DNA of 63,539 nt, filler included, from Octopus bimaculoides (taxonomy: Eukaryota), in NCBI RefSeq assembly GCF_001194135.2. It is 8 parts of 8 records of this genome, joined end to end, with 100 filler letters (N's around TTAATTAATTAA, not from the genome) between each part and the next. Parts side by side here need not be neighbours in the genome. Positions count along the whole stretch, not along the records: positions 37,591 to 51,210 come from NC_068984.1; positions 51,311 to 56,807 come from NC_068987.1; 6 more parts are not named here. One strand, written 5' to 3'. The notes under the pieces were generated by a model. It was not told the origin of the DNA. It ran no database searches and worked only from the letters and a program-made list of their open reading frames with translations. Below are positions 38,815 through 54,419 of this stretch, piece by piece. The position numbers and the translations under genes are program-made. Numbering within the stretch: position 1 is the stretch's first letter; each line of letters starts with the position of its first letter.

Positions 38815-39700
38815 ATCTTTTATCTTTTATCTTCTACGGGTTTTAGCCAGAGGCTGAGGTCATGCTGGTACACCACCTTTACTGCATCCGGCGATTTTTC
38901 CAGTATTGCTTCTGGTGAAAGAGCGAGTTCGATGTTGCCGCTCTTCTTGTGCTTCCTGCTGCGATGTGGGTTCATTCCGGTATTGCAGATAAAAAAAACT
39001 GTCTAGAAGTTTTTTGAAGACTTCCATGTCCACACCACGTAGACTCCCTGATGTTCTGTGGTAGGGCATTAAAAAGTTGTGGCCCCTTGAATCCCAAGCT
39101 ATTAGAATATTGGTCCGTATCCTCGATGGAGAAGATGGGACCTTTGGTACTGTGCAGTGCCGTTCAGTTCGGAGATTGTTGTAGCTTTCGATTCCGAAAT
39201 TTGGACCTAGACCCTCCATTATTTCCCATATGTATACCACTGCATACGGCTCACATCTTCTCACCAGGGAGTAGAGTTCCACTTCCTTTAACCTCTCCCA
39301 GTAGCCCATGTGTTTTACTGAGTCTATCTTCTTTGTGTAGTGGCGTTGGATCGCTTCTAGTTCCGCAATTAGTTTTACGCTTTGCGGTGACCACAGTTGC
39401 GAGCAGTAGTCCAGACGACTGGAGACAAAGGTTCTCCAAAGCAGTACCTGATCCTGAAGGAACTCAGGATCCAACCTGCAAAGTGTAGTCATCTGAGCAA
39501 CGTGCACATGGAAAATTGCGTCGTTGTTTGTGTGGAGTCCCAGGTTGTGCAACCACTCTAACTCTGTGATTACACTGCTTGCTGGTCCCGTGTACTTCAG
39601 TTATAGGTTGTCTGTGGGCTGATAGCAGAGTGCTTGAAATTTTGCGGCATTGAACTGCATATTATTCTCTTCATTCCACTTTTATATTGCATTCAGGTCA
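38815..39700 (-). mobile_element. 3' portion of a CR1/L2-group LINE with 3' UTR and (AAAGAT)n-type tail
   Basis: Minus strand NNMQFNAAKFQALCY and WRTFVSSRLDYCSQLWSPQSVKLIAELEAIQRHYTKKI..YWERLKEVELYSL, typical of the post-RT region of CR1-group elements. Tail AGAAGATAAAAGATAAAAGA. Confidence 0.87.
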
Positions 39701-39766
39701 TTCTGTAGTCTTGGGCCGTAGGAGAAGACACACGTTCGAGGTGTCGTGCATATACATATATATATA

Positions 39767-39797
<31 letters not shown>

Positions 39798-42700
39798 NNN
39801 NNNNNNNNNNNNNNNNNNNNNNNNNNNNNNNNNNNNNNNNNNNNNNNNNNNNNNNNNNNNNNNNNNNNNNNNNNNNNNNNNNNNNNNNNNNNNNNNNNNN
39901 NNNNNNNNNNNNNNNNNNNNNNNNNNNNNNNNNNNNNNNNNNNNNNNNNNNNNNNNNNNNNNNNNNNNNNNNNNNNNNNNNNNNNNNNNNNNNNNNNNNN
40001 NNNNNNNNNNNNNNNNNNNNNNNNNNNNNNNNNNNNNNNNNNNNNNNNNNNNNNNNNNNNNNNNNNNNNNNNNNNNNNNNNNNNNNNNNNNNNNNNNNNN
40101 NNNNNNNNNNNNNNNNNNNNNNNNNNNNNNNNNNNNNNNNNNNNNNNNNNNNNNNNNNNNNNNNNNNNNNNNNNNNNNNNNNNNNNNNNNNNNNNNNNNN
40201 NNNNNNNNNNNNNNNNNNNNTATATATATATATATACGTGTGTGTGTGTGTGTGTGTGGATGTGTGGGTGTGCACTCGTTTCACAACCGGTGTTGGTTTG
40301 CTTATGTCCCGTAACACAGCAGTGAAGCAAATAGAAACTGATAGAATAAGTTCCAAGCTAAAAATAAAAGTAAGTAATGTAAGTAAGTAAGGGTTCGACT
40401 AAACCCTTCAAGGCAGTGCCCCAGCATGACCGCAGTTCAAAGACTAAGACAAATAAAAGATGAAAGATGAAAGATTTATATACGACGGGCTTCCATACAG
40501 TTTATGCCGATGAAATTCACTCATAAAGCATCAATCAACTCGATACTATAGCAGAAGACACTTGACCAAGGCAGTGAACCTGAAACCACGTGGTTTCTTA
40601 ATGACATTCATGTCCTCCCCTTCATATTTTCTTTATAGAAGTATTTTCTAAATTTTTTCCAGAGTAGTCTTTTATACAGATGGCATTTCATATTCTTCCA
40701 GTAACATCGTACCACATTAACAGGCAGTACCTTTACACTAAGGCAGCTGCTGAAAGCATCTGTAGTATTTTCCGGAAAAATTTGAGACATAATCAATATT
40801 TTCGATCATATTTCGATGATAAATAGGGATTCGCAGCCATTTTTGTTCATTAAATATTTTGCAGCTATTTCCTGCTCATGATTTCAAAAGCATTGCTTCC
40901 GAAATGCTACGTGATGTAACGGTCACAAGTCACGTTAATATTATCAGCATTCTAAGGTGGCGAGCTGGCAGAAACGTTAGCACGCTAGGAGAAATGCTTA
41001 GTAGTATTTCGTCTGTCTTTACGTTCTGAGTTCAAATTACGCCGAGGTCGACTTTGCCTTTCATCCTTTTAGGGTCGATAAATTAAGTACCAGTTGGGTA
41101 CTGGGTCGAACTATATATATAGATATCTAGATATATAGATAGAAAGGACAACAAAAGAAAGAAAGAGAACTCGATATTATGTAAATAGAGGAATTTACTT
41201 ATTCGGTAGCTATGGNNNNNNNNNNNNNNNNNNNNNNNNNNNNNNNNNNNNNNNNNNNNNNNNNNNNNNNNNNNNNNNNNNNNNNNNNNNNNNNNNNNNN
41301 NNNNNNNNNNNNNNNNNNNNNNNNNNNNNNNNNNNNNNNNNNNNNNNNNNNNNNNNNNNNNNNNNNNNNNNNNNNNNNNNNNNNNNNNNNNNNNNNNNNN
41401 NNNNNNNNNNNNNNNNNNNNNNNNNNNNNNNNNNNNNNNNNNNNNNNNNNNNNNNNNNNNNNNNNNNNNNNNNNNNNNNNNNNNNNNNNNNNNNNNNNNN
41501 NNNNNNNNNNNNNNNNNNNNNNNNNNNNNNNNNNNNNNNNNNNNNNNNNNNNNNNNNNNNNNNNNNNNNNNNNNNNNNNNNNNNNNNNNNNNNNNNNNNN
41601 NNNNNNNNNNNNNNNNNNNNNNNNNNNNNNNNNNNNNNNNNNNNNNNNNNNNNNNNNNNNNNNNNNNNNNNNNNNNNNNNNNNNNNNNNNNNNNNNNNNN
41701 GTGCGTGTGTGTGTGTGTGTGTGTGCGTCTGTGTGTGTGCGTGTGTTTGTGTTCAAGTTTTATCCCTTTTTATTTTACATTTTTCCGATTTTCTTGTTAG
41801 TCATTTTTTTTTTTTTAGTTTGGAAGAATAAAGTTCCTAAATTCACATTCGTCATTTTCAAACTTCACGGTCTCATTTTCAGGAATTGATATATTGGCTT
41901 CTGTTTTATTTTATTTTATTTTATTTTATTTTATTTTTATACTGGTTGAATTCCTGTAGATTTCACCGCCAAGGACATTTTGGCTGTTAGCTGCAAACAC
42001 CAGCAGTCACGTGTTGATGTATTGATTTGTTTGTCGCAGTTAAACTTTTGACCAATAAATTTTCACGCCGGTAGCCACGTGTTAATTTTTCGAAGTATGT
42101 GTTGTTCGCTAGTTGGTTCCAGCATTGTATTGCGCTTAGAGGTTAGCTCCTATAATTAATCCTCTATTTTTGTGAGGAAGTTTTCTCTTCTAGTATTTCC
42201 CTATCAAATTTTGCTTTGTAATATGTGGCATAATGCTATGCAATATCTTCGTGTTGTAAATTCAAGAATGAGACTACGAGCGAATGTTGCACTAATACAT
42301 CGAACGTAACAGCTAGATTCCAGATGTTAGTAACATTCATCTTTACAGTCAAATTTATAGATTATATCGGTCATATGTAACTTGTTCAAGGAGGTTACGC
42401 TTTTGGAGATTTCACAGTATATTTTCAGTTTACGTTTATAGTCGAGTGTGATGCTTTTTGAGTTTCGTTTTACGAGGGTTTTGATAATATGTCCGTCTGT
42501 TCAATAGTCTCTATGCATTTGATTCATGTAATAAAATTTTTGTATGGTTTGTGTATTTCTGTTACATGTATTGTCTGAAATATTAGTTGTATTGTATTTG
42601 TGTCGACATACTTTTAGAGTTTAGTCTACTAGTTTATTACAACATCCGTTGTTAATAATTGCTTATTTTATTCTATGTATTACTTTCTTTGGTACATTGC

Positions 42701-43472
42701 TTATAGATGAGAATATAAATGCTCTTCTGAGGAGTGATTTTTACCACTGATATCTTATAGTTATATAGTCCTGCATTCGTTTGATGCTTTGATGTATACT
42801 GGCGTGAAATTCCTGCGGTTTTTTTTTTGGGGGGGGGGGGAGTACTTGGGGCGGGGTTGTTTTTTGCGATCTGCATGTTTATGTCTTAAAACGGGTTTCA
42901 TTTGAATGTTAAGCACTACGCAACATAAAAGACACTATAAAAACCTGTAAGAGCGACAAAAATAATACATTTGTAATCTTGGACAGAGAACAATACAGTC
43001 CACATTGAATACAGCGGTGGTGGTGGTGGTGGTAGTGGTGGCCGTTGTGGTGGTAGTGGTGGCCGTTGTGGTGGTGGTGGTGGCCGTTGTGGTGGTGGTC
43101 GTGGGAGGTGGTGAATGTGTACAATATATCCACATTAACTAAGATATACAGAATATTATTTTGAACAAATATTGCCAACGTCGCTAATAACTCATACATG
43201 TATATACACGCCAACATACATACCTACCTATCTACCTACTTACCTACCTACATACATACATACATACATACAGGGTGTCCACAAAGTCTGGGTACATGGA
43301 ATAAATAAAATCATAACATAAACAATTAAATATAAGAAATAATAATTTCTTAAAGTATGTGTTAATCCCATGTACTCAGACTTTGTGGCCACCCTGTACA
43401 TACATACATACATGCATACATACATACATACATACATACATACATACATGTATGCATACATACATACATACA

Positions 43473-43506
<34 letters not shown>

Positions 43507-43515
43507 CATATATAC

Positions 43516-43571
<56 letters not shown>

Positions 43572-43572
<1 letters not shown>

Positions 43573-43835
43573 GGTGCGTGGCTTAGTGATTAGAGCAATC
43601 CACTCACGATCGTAAGGTCGTGAGCTCAGTTCCCAGCGACGCGTTGTGTCCTTGAGCAAGACACTTTATTTCACATTGCTCCAGTCCATTCAGCTGACAA
43701 AAATGAGTAGTGCCTGTATTTCAAAGGGCCAGCCTTGTCAGCACTCTGTGTCACGTTGAATATCCCTAAGAACTACGTTAAGGGTACACGTGTCTGTGGA
43801 GTGCTCAGCCACTTGCACGTTAATTCCACCAGATA
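43572..43835 (+). mobile_element. SINE family C copy
   Basis: tRNA-like head plus the body shared with 59535-59930. Confidence 0.75.
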
Positions 43836-44477
43836 GATAGATATGGTCCGAGCAGTACTCATTGATTTTCTGCATTTTCATACGTTTCGACTATTCTTGT
43901 ATATATTTCTGATAATGCTTGTTACTTCCACGTCCGCCACCACCACCCCCAACACTACACCACCACTAACAACATCACAAAAACAACATCAGTACAACAG
44001 CCACTAACACTACCACAACTAACACTATCACCACTAACTGAAACCATCATCACTACCACCAACACCAACATTATTCTATGCAGTTGTTCGACTTGCTGAA
44101 ATAGCAGACTAACCTCCCTCAAATCACACCTTGCCATCTTTAAAAAATGAAGTATAACATTGGTCAGTGAAGTCATAAACGTGTAGAAAAGACGAGTTGG
44201 CCATGGTTAGATTATCTTTGATCATATGTGTGTGAGGGATCATAACTGACCTGTGGCAAAACAACAACATTAATGGCATCAACGCAGCTGTCAATTAATA
44301 TAATTGTCCGATGAAGAATTCGCCTCGAGGCGTAATAGAAACCTTGACGTATCGGTTGAGTGGGTAAATTGTTTTGAGATGAAGGTGACAGAAGGAAAGA
44401 GAGAATTCACGCCATAGCAACTGGCCATTCCATTGGCCAGTTGCTATGTCTTCGTGTTGTTTACTAATGGACAAATG

Positions 44478-44539
<62 letters not shown>

Positions 44540-44649
44540 CAGACATAGATGAATAGATGGATAGATAGATAGATAGATAGATAACTTTCTTTTATTAGCC
44601 ACACAGGGCTGCACACAGAGGGGACAAATACAACTGTAGAGCTTTTCTT

Positions 44650-44686
<37 letters not shown>

Positions 44687-45044
44687 ATAGATAGATAGAT
44701 AGATAGANNNNNNNNNNNNNNNNNNNNNNNNNNNNNNNNNNNNNNNNNNNNNNNNNNNNNNNNNNNNNNNNNNNNNNNNNNNNNNNNNNNNNNNNNNNNN
44801 NNNNNNNNNNNNNNNNNNNNNNNNNNNNNNNNNNNNNNNNNNNNNNNNNNNNNNNNNNNNNNNNNNNNNNNNNNNNNNNNNNNNNNNNNNNNNNNNNNNN
44901 NNNNNNNNNNNNNNNNNNNNNNNNNNNNNNNNNNNNNNNNNNNNNNNNNNNNNNNNNNNNNNNNNNNNNNNNNNNNNNNNNNNNNNNNNNNNNNNNNNNN
45001 NNNNNNNNNNNNNNNNNNNNNNNNNNNNNNNNNNNNNNNNNNNN

Positions 45045-45106
<62 letters not shown>

Positions 45107-45875
45107 GAGAGAGAAATATAAAGAGAGAGAGTGAACGAGTTTCTGAAATCACCAGAAATAGGCAAGACTTGTATCAATAGAATAAGTATCAGACTGCGGT
45201 TAATTTATTCGACTAAAAACTTTCCAGGGCGATGCCCCAGCATGGCCATAGTCCAACGGCTGAAACAAATAAAAGATAAAAGATACACATATATTGCTAC
45301 ATAGCCAGTTAATTGGCTACGTCACACTGCCTGCCCATCGATGTCTTTAGATATTTTATATATAACAATTAAACTCTGTCTATTTCAACGACAAATAGGT
45401 CTACAATGAGAGACTTTCTTTCATGACAAAATATCGTGAATGGCTTTCGTACGGGTTTGAATATGCCTCAAGCATACAAAGACACACACATACGTTATGG
45501 AGCGTTGACGACAAAATCGGTTGAGCACAGGATTAAATACCTTGTGCTGTTTGGTTATGGCCCTTTACGTTTTGAGTCCCATTTTGCCTTCAGCTCTAAG
45601 GGTTGTTGTTACTGTCGACGTTGATGTTATTGTTGTTGTTGTTGTTGTTCTTCTTCTTCTTCATCTTCTTCTTCTTCTTCTACTTNNNNNNNNNNTTCTT
45701 CTTCTTCTTCTTCTTCTTCTTCTTCTTCTTCTTCTTCTTCTTCTTCTTCTTCTTCTTCTTCTTCTTCTTCTTCTTCCTGCCTTAGGTCAGTTCTTATCGG
45801 GCAGATATATGATCAGAAGTATTGCAGCTATACCTACCCTATCTTTGCTTCCTTTCCTTTTTTTTTTGTACATAA

Positions 45876-46270
45876 GCAGGAGTGGCTGTGTGGTAAGTAG
45901 CTTGCTTACCAACCACATGGTTCCGGGTTCAGTCCCACAGCGTGGCACCTTGGGCAAGTGTCTTCTACTATAGCCTTGGGCCGACCAATGCCTTATGAGT
46001 GGATTTGATAGACAGAAACTGAAAAGAAGCCCGTCGTATATATGTATATGTATATATACATATATGTGTGTGTGTTTGTCCCCCAACATCGCTTGACAAC
46101 CGATGCTGGTGTGTTTACGTCCCCGTAACTTAGCGGTTCGGCAAAAGAGACCGATAGAATAAGTACTAGGCTTCCAAAGAATAAGTCCTGGGGTCGATTT
46201 GCTCAACTAAAGGCGGTGCTCCAGCATGGCCGCAGCCAAATGACTGAAACAAGTAAAAGAGTAAAGAGTA
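45876..46270 (+). mobile_element. SINE family A, full-length copy
   Basis: Co-linear and highly similar to 10098-10490. Confidence 0.85.
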
Positions 46271-46689
46271 TAAGCCTTCATTATCTAATGTTTCAAGGTG
46301 GTACGGTATCCTTTGAGGAAGAATTGACAGCTATTTCCAGCTGTTAGAGTGTTTACATAAACCCTACGCCGTTCGCTCTTTACATCCGTTATTCAGTTAA
46401 TTAAATTCCCATTATCTTATTAATTAAACTTTTCCAGACAGAACCGCACCTCTACCGAAATTGATTAATTGCGGAATATTTATTTTAAGTGAACAAGATT
46501 GATTGTTTACTCAGTAATGTTTCTACCGACCACGGAAACCACACATCTATACTTACAGACTGCAGAGGCGTTGTTTAACAGCAGCGTTAGAGTGTTGGTT
46601 ATACCTTATGGTATTTGATACTGCACGCTACGTTCTGAATTCAAATCCTGCCGAGATCAACTTTGTCTTTCATACTTTTTTCGATCGCA

Positions 46690-46890
46690 GTCGGGCGAGC
46701 TGGCAGAACCGTTAGCATGCAGGACGAAATGCTTAACGGTATTTCGTCCGTTGCTACATTCTGAATTCAAATTCCGCCGAGGTTGACTTTGCCTTTCATC
46801 CTTTCGGGGTTGACATAATCGACTAGCCTCCTGCCCAGAATTTTCAGGCCTTGTACCTTTAGTAGAAAGGATTATTATTATTATTATTAT
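46690..46890 (+). mobile_element. SINE family B copy whose (ATT)n tail abuts a Dong-like 3' end
   Basis: Same head and body as 21826-22035. The tail GGATTATTATT runs directly into the minus-strand R4-like fragment. Confidence 0.8.
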
Positions 46891-47140
46891 TATTGTTCAG
46901 TAGTTTTATTTTTATAACGCCTTGGGTATGTGCTGTGGTTTGCTGTGGTGCTCTTATGTTTACTGTATTGAAAGTGTTTTGCGTAGAATGTGTGCAGTAC
47001 CCAGTAGTGCAAGTTTCTGTATGTTATATATATTTGTAAGTCCTGGTATTTTTGTTATGTATTTGTCTGAATATTTTTTTATTATACCTAAGGCGCCTAC
47101 TATGATACGAATTGTTTCTGTTTTTAGATTCCACATTCGA
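46885..47140 (-). mobile_element. 3' end of a second R4/Dong-like element
   Basis: Minus strand reads WNLKTETIRIIVGALGIIKKYSDKYITKIPGLTNIYNIQKLALLGTAHILRKTLSIQ* (RLE C-terminus), then a short 3' UTR and (AAT)n. (ATT)n tracts flank both sides. Confidence 0.75.
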
Positions 47141-47185
<45 letters not shown>

Positions 47186-48379
47186 NNNNNNNNNNNNNNN
47201 NNNNNNNNNNNNNNNNNNNNNNNNNNNNNNNNNNNNNNNNNNNNNNNNNNNNNNNNNNNNNNNNNNNNNNNNNNNNNNNNNNNNNNNNNNNNNNNNNNNN
47301 NNNNNNNNNNNNNNNNNNNNNNNNNNNNNNNNNNNNNNNNNNNNNNNNNNNNNNNNNNNNNNNNNNNNNNNNNNNNNNNNNNNNNNNNNNNNNNNNNNNN
47401 NNNNNNNNNNNNNNNNNNNNNNNNNNNNNNNNNNNNNNNNNNNNNNNNNNNNNNNNNNNNNNNNNNNNNNNNNNNNNNNNNNNNNNNNNNNNNNNNNNNN
47501 NNNNNNNNNNNNNNNNNNNNNNNNNNNNNNNNNNNNNNNNNNNNNNNNNNNNNNNNNNNNNNNNNNNNNNNNNNNNNNNNNNNNNNNNNNNNNNNNNNNN
47601 NNNNNNNNNNNNNNNNNNNNNNNNNNNNNNNNNNNNNNNNNNNNNNNNNNNNNNNNNNNNNNNNNNNNNNNNNNNNNNNNNNNNNNNNNNNNNNNNNNNN
47701 NNNNNNNNNNNNNNNNNNNNNNNNNNNNNNNNNNNNNNNNNNNNNNNNNNNNNNNNNNNNNNNNNNNNNNNNNNNNNNNNNNNNNNNNNNNNNNNNNNNN
47801 NNNNNNNNNNNNNNNNNNNNNNNNNNNNNNNNNNNNNNNNNNNNNNNNNNNNNNNNNNNNNNNNNNNNNNNNNNNNNNNNNNNNNNNNNNNNNNNNNNNN
47901 NNNNNTATATATATATATATATCTGTTTCTCTTGCTTTATCTTTGAAAGACATCAGGAGCGTTCGGACCCGGTGAGAGTTAGGTTCCTCGTGTCAACATA
48001 CCCCAGACATATGTCAAGAAGGCGCCCTTACAACCCTTTCAGGATAAGTCCCAGTGTAAGGAAGAACTAAAGAACTACAAAGTAGAGCCTCTTGCTCGTT
48101 TAATGATGAACTCGGCTCATTTAACACCCACTTTTACTTGGCCTCTAAGATCGACTGGTCTTGTATTTGAATGTCATACGCGCAGAACACTTCTCCACCT
48201 CTATCTTTGAAGGTTTCGTTCGAATTTTCACTGTATCCGCCGAGAAGGAGGGGAATTTTAGATAATGTACTCCAAGATACATTCCAAGAAAAATTATAAA
48301 TTGTATTCCAAGAAAAACTATAACATGTAAGCACGAGGCATGTTCTGTATTGCCTCGGGCTTATATGTTAATCTTTGGC

Positions 48380-48454
48380 TTTCCTGCTGATGAGAGCTTC
48401 GCCTAGCAAATTACTTTATTTGCTGAAGATAGCTTGAAACCATGGTCCAGGAAA
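48380..48454 (+). ncRNA. Type I hammerhead ribozyme motif, canonical core (family HHR-A)
   Basis: TTTCCTG-CTGATGA-[GAGCT..TAGCAAAT-TACTTT-ATTTGCTG..AGCTT]-GAAA-CCATGGT-C-CAGGAAA. Stem I is 7 perfect bp, stem II is extended, stem III is the palindrome ACCATGGT, and the cleavage triplet is GUC (cut after 48447). Confidence 0.85.
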
Positions 48455-50689
48455 TAGATGGTAAATGATTTTATTTTTCATTCCCTTTCGAAATTACCCC
48501 TAATAGTAGTTTGGATTTTAACCACTCCTTCTAGCGGGTTAGACGTCCTATTATGGCCATCACTTATGTGTTTAAATGTACACTGTATTTATAATGAATA
48601 TATATACATATATGTAGATAGGTTTCTTTATTAGCCACACAGGGCTTAACACAGAGTGGACAAAATACAAATGTAGAGTTTTTCTTTTCGAGGGGGTCGA
48701 AAACAAAGCAGAAAAAAAACAGAAGTGGGGACAACGATGAAAAAAAAACATCGCAAAACGTTTGGGGTATTTACAAAAAATACGAAATAATACAAAAAAT
48801 TTCCAATAAATGGGGAGGTTATCCGTGGAAAGGAAAACCTACGAAAAGACCACGGTAACCTCGGTCTTTAGTGTCACAGTTTGTTAAATAAAATTTCTTT
48901 TATTTAAGCAAGAAACGTAAGTAACTCTCTGTTTACAAAATTTTAAAACGTTTTATAGAATCATGGTCAAGGTGGCTTCGTCATTTATACGTGCCATTCT
49001 TGCTACATGTNNNNNNNNNNNNNNNNNNNNNNNNNNNNNNNNNNNNNNNNNNNNNNNNNNNNNNNNNNNNNNNNNNNNNNNNNNNNNNNNNNNNNNNNNN
49101 NNNNNNNNNNNNNNNNNNNNNNNNNNNNNNNNNNNNNNNNNNNNNNNNNNNNNNNNNNNNNNNNNNNNNNNNNNNNNNNNNNNNNNNNNNNNNNNNNNNN
49201 NNNNNNNNNNNNNNNNNNNNNNNNNNNNNNNNNNNNNNNNNNNNNNNNNNNNNNNNNNNNNNNNNNNNNNNNNNNNNNNNNNNNNNNNNNNNNNNNNNNN
49301 NNNNNNNNNNNNNNNNNNNNNNNNNNNNNNNNNNNNNNNNNNNNNNNNNNNNNNNNNNNNNNNNNNNNNNNNNNNNNNNNNNNNNNNNNNNNNNNNNNNN
49401 NNNNNNNNNNNNNNNNNNNNNNNNNNNNNNNNNNNNNNNNNNNNNNNNNNNNNNNNNNNNNNNNNNNNNNNNNNNNNNNNNNNNNNNNNNNNNNNNNNNN
49501 NNNNNNNNNNNNNNNNNNNNNNNNTGTGTGTGTGTGTGTGTGTGTGTGTATGTATTATGTAGGTAGGTAGGTAGGTTGGTAGGTAGGTAGGTAGGTAGGT
49601 AGGTAGGTAGGTAGGTAAGTGTGTGTGTGTGTGTGTGTCTTAGGATATGAAATGCTATGATATGACATGAGGAAATAGCTATGAAAGAGTATGAGAGGTT
49701 TTAGAGCAAAGCATTTGTAATTATATCAAGGATTTTATCTGTAGGAATTCACGACTAGAAAATGTTCGGTATCATACAAAACTAGTTCCTGGTTATGTAT
49801 AGCGAATGCGTCTTTATAATATTGAAAATGACTAGACTGCTACAGATAATACTGGTACTGTACGAACTATCTACTTGTAACTCCTGAGGCCTCAGACATT
49901 CTAGCCACTGACCTTTGCTGTGGTGTATGTAGATAAGAAACGTTTTGGTAGTGCCATTTTGGCGCCGCTTATATGGCGTCGTCGATTCGACTCTGATTCA
50001 TTTGACATCAGACGTTTTTATACTTCTTTCGGCTTCGTGTTTCTCTCGTTCTCTCCCTCCCTTAGTCTCACTCTGTTTCTCTCTCCCACCCACTCTCTCC
50101 CTCACCTTCTCCTACTCTTCCTCTGTGTGTGTGTGCGTATGTATGGATGTGTATCTATGTGTGTGTGTGAGCATATTCTTTTGTGTACGAGAAGAGGGAA
50201 CATGTTTATGTTAATCATGTTCAATTAATAAATTGTAATGTCTCTCTCTGTATCTCTTTCCTTCTCTCCCTTTCTCCCTACTCTCTCTCTCTCTCTCTCT
50301 CTCATTCTCTTTCTCTCTCATTCTCTTTCTCTCTATATATCTACTTTTGTACGTGCGTACGTGTGTGTGTGTGTGTGTGTGCATGTGTGTGTATAGGCGT
50401 GTACTTTTGAACGTGCGTCTGTGTGTGCTTGTGCGAGCGTGTTTTCATTATTTCTAGCGCCAACAAACACTATCAGTAAAAGAGGATGACTATCCGGTCA
50501 ACTGTGCCAAAACATCAACGTCAAAACAGCTGCGCCCAATGTTCTCATTCTGGACACATAATGGTTTTATCATTTATAAAACATTCCATGTCTGTTCGGT
50601 TTACTATTCTAAACCTGATCCGAACAAACCTTTAATTTATTTTCCTTCTTAACAATACAGGTTTAGCGATGATATTCTACGATGCTTTG

Positions 50690-50990
50690 CGAAATATTTC
50701 CCAAGTTGTCTTGGAAACAAAAATATATCATGCAGCCTTGTGCAGAAACATATTCTTGTAAGTAAACATATTCGATAGTGTCTTGTACACAGGTAAGACC
50801 ATCCTGTGGATGTTTTGTAGGTAAGTATATCCCATGATGCCTTGTAAGCAAACACACCTCCTACGATGTACTCTGTAAATATGCATATTCCATAGTGCTT
50901 TGTAAGAAAACACATCCAGAGATGATGGCATGTGTTTACCTTGTACACAAACGCATGGCATGATATCTGCTAGGTAAATACATCCTACGT
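50690..50990. repeat. Degenerate ~27-30-bp minisatellite
   Basis: Recurring YTTGTAAGYAAACAYAT-YCCATGATGY-like units. Confidence 0.6.
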
Positions 50991-51075
50991 ATTACTAAAT
51001 ACAACCCGTGGCGTTTTGTACAACTCATCAGGCGTTTAAATGCATACATGCTTATACCTATCTATCTATCCATCC

Positions 51076-51120
<45 letters not shown>

Positions 51121-51539
51121 CCTGTCTGTCCGTCCGTCCGTCCGTCTGTCTGTCTGTCTGTCTATCCATCTGTCCCCCTCTCCCTTTTTCTGTCTCTTTT
51201 GATATATATANNNNNNNNNNNNNNNNNNNNNNNNNNNNNNNNNNNNNNNNNNNNTTAATTAATTAANNNNNNNNNNNNNNNNNNNNNNNNNNNNNNNNNN
51301 NNNNNNNNNNGTGATCTCAAATTTTAAAACAAACACATAATTTTCTTATGGTTTCTTAAACATTCTCTAGAGCAACACTATGTACAAATCGAAATATATG
51401 GTACCCTAGGCATAACACCTACATGAACTTCTAACTTGTCTCTTGAGGTCTCTGGGTGAAACTTGGATCCAACTTTTACAAATGCAAAGCAAAAGTCAAA
51501 CATAGAATAATAATAATGATGATGATGAGGAGGAGGAGG

Positions 51540-53878
<2,339 letters not shown>

Positions 53879-54345
53879 TTACAGGAAGGAGTGATGGAGA
53901 AAAATATCCTCACTCTGGAAACCTGACCTGAATGCTTGCAACAGAATGGACACCTCTACAGGTAACCAAGTTGCGTACGAGTCGGAGGCGTTAAACTAGA
54001 CAATAAGTTGAAGTGTAATCTACGACAGGTTTTGAATTCAGAATACAAAGAACCGGAATAAAAACCACGACGCATCCGGTCCGACGTTTTTACTGTTCGC
54101 CAACGAACCGCCTTAGATTGGTATCTTTTATCAACCCCAGTAAGTTGAAAGGCATGGTGCACTTTTTATCTTTTATCCTTCACTTGTTTCAGTCATTAGA
54201 CTATGGCCATGCTGGGGTATCCCCTTGAAGAATTTCTAGTCGAATGAATCGATCCCAGTACTAATTTAAAACCTGGTATTTATTCTATCGGTCACATTTT
54301 CCAAATTGCTAGGTTACGCGGACGTAAACACACCAACACCGGTTG

Positions 54346-54407
<62 letters not shown>

Positions 54408-54419
54408 TATATATTTACA

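Noticed and set aside
41950-42660. AT-rich block resembling decayed LINE coding sequence on the minus strand
   Set aside because: I recognised no diagnostic motif and there are many stops, so it cannot be assigned.
44305-44365. CCGATGA..CGCCTCGAGGCG..GAAACC motif
   Set aside because: The palindrome is real, but the core is altered and stem I is absent.
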